Shown here: in pieces, positions 34,009 through 34,269 of the stretch
Layout: every line of letters starts with the position of its first letter
How positions within the stretch are numbered: position 1 is the first letter of the stretch
Origin: Catajapyx aquilonaris
Taxonomy: Eukaryota
Assembly: GCA_000934665.2 (NCBI GenBank)
Contig: JYFJ02004155.1
Coordinates: 1 to 34,269 of the forward strand
DNA length: 34,269 bases
Reading direction: 5' to 3'
The notes under the pieces: generated by a model
What the model saw: only the letters and a program-made list of their open reading frames with translations
Databases searched by the model: none
Told to the model about the DNA's origin: nothing
Program-made: the position numbers and the translations under genes

Positions 34009-34269
34009 TTATTTAGTTGTTTCATATTATTTATTTTGTATCATGTGACTTGAAAGTAAATTTTGTCCTATGTAAATAGGCACCATGACCAAGGGAGCAC
34101 ATATATACTACATAAGAGGCGCAAACATTCGATTTCCGCGTCTCTCTGTTTGGGGCCGTTAATGCCAAGGCTGGCGGCCATTTTGAAGTGTGGGCAACGC
34201 CAACGAGGTATAAATAGGGCACAGGCAAAAATAGGGGTCCGCCATCTTTGATTCGCGCGTGTTCTTGCC

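Overview
Eukaryotic DNA, probably arthropod: short GT-AG introns, divergent ionotropic receptors, tRNA-derived SINEs and many MITEs. Four conserved spliced genes can be assembled in frame: DDA1 (-), CCDC124 (-), anoctamin-8 (+) and a C15orf61/DUF4528 homologue (-). The left half holds a co-oriented array that alternates intronless variant ionotropic receptors (IRs) with intronless BC-box/LRR genes: IR, psi-LRR, [DDA1 on the other strand], psi-LRR fragment, psi-IR fragment, intact LRR, intact IR. The two best leads are this repeated LRR-IR pairing and a candidate UGA-CGG stop-codon readthrough extension on ANO8 that would add an RVxF-type PP1 docking motif. All calls come from manual reading and motif recognition; no database searches were run.
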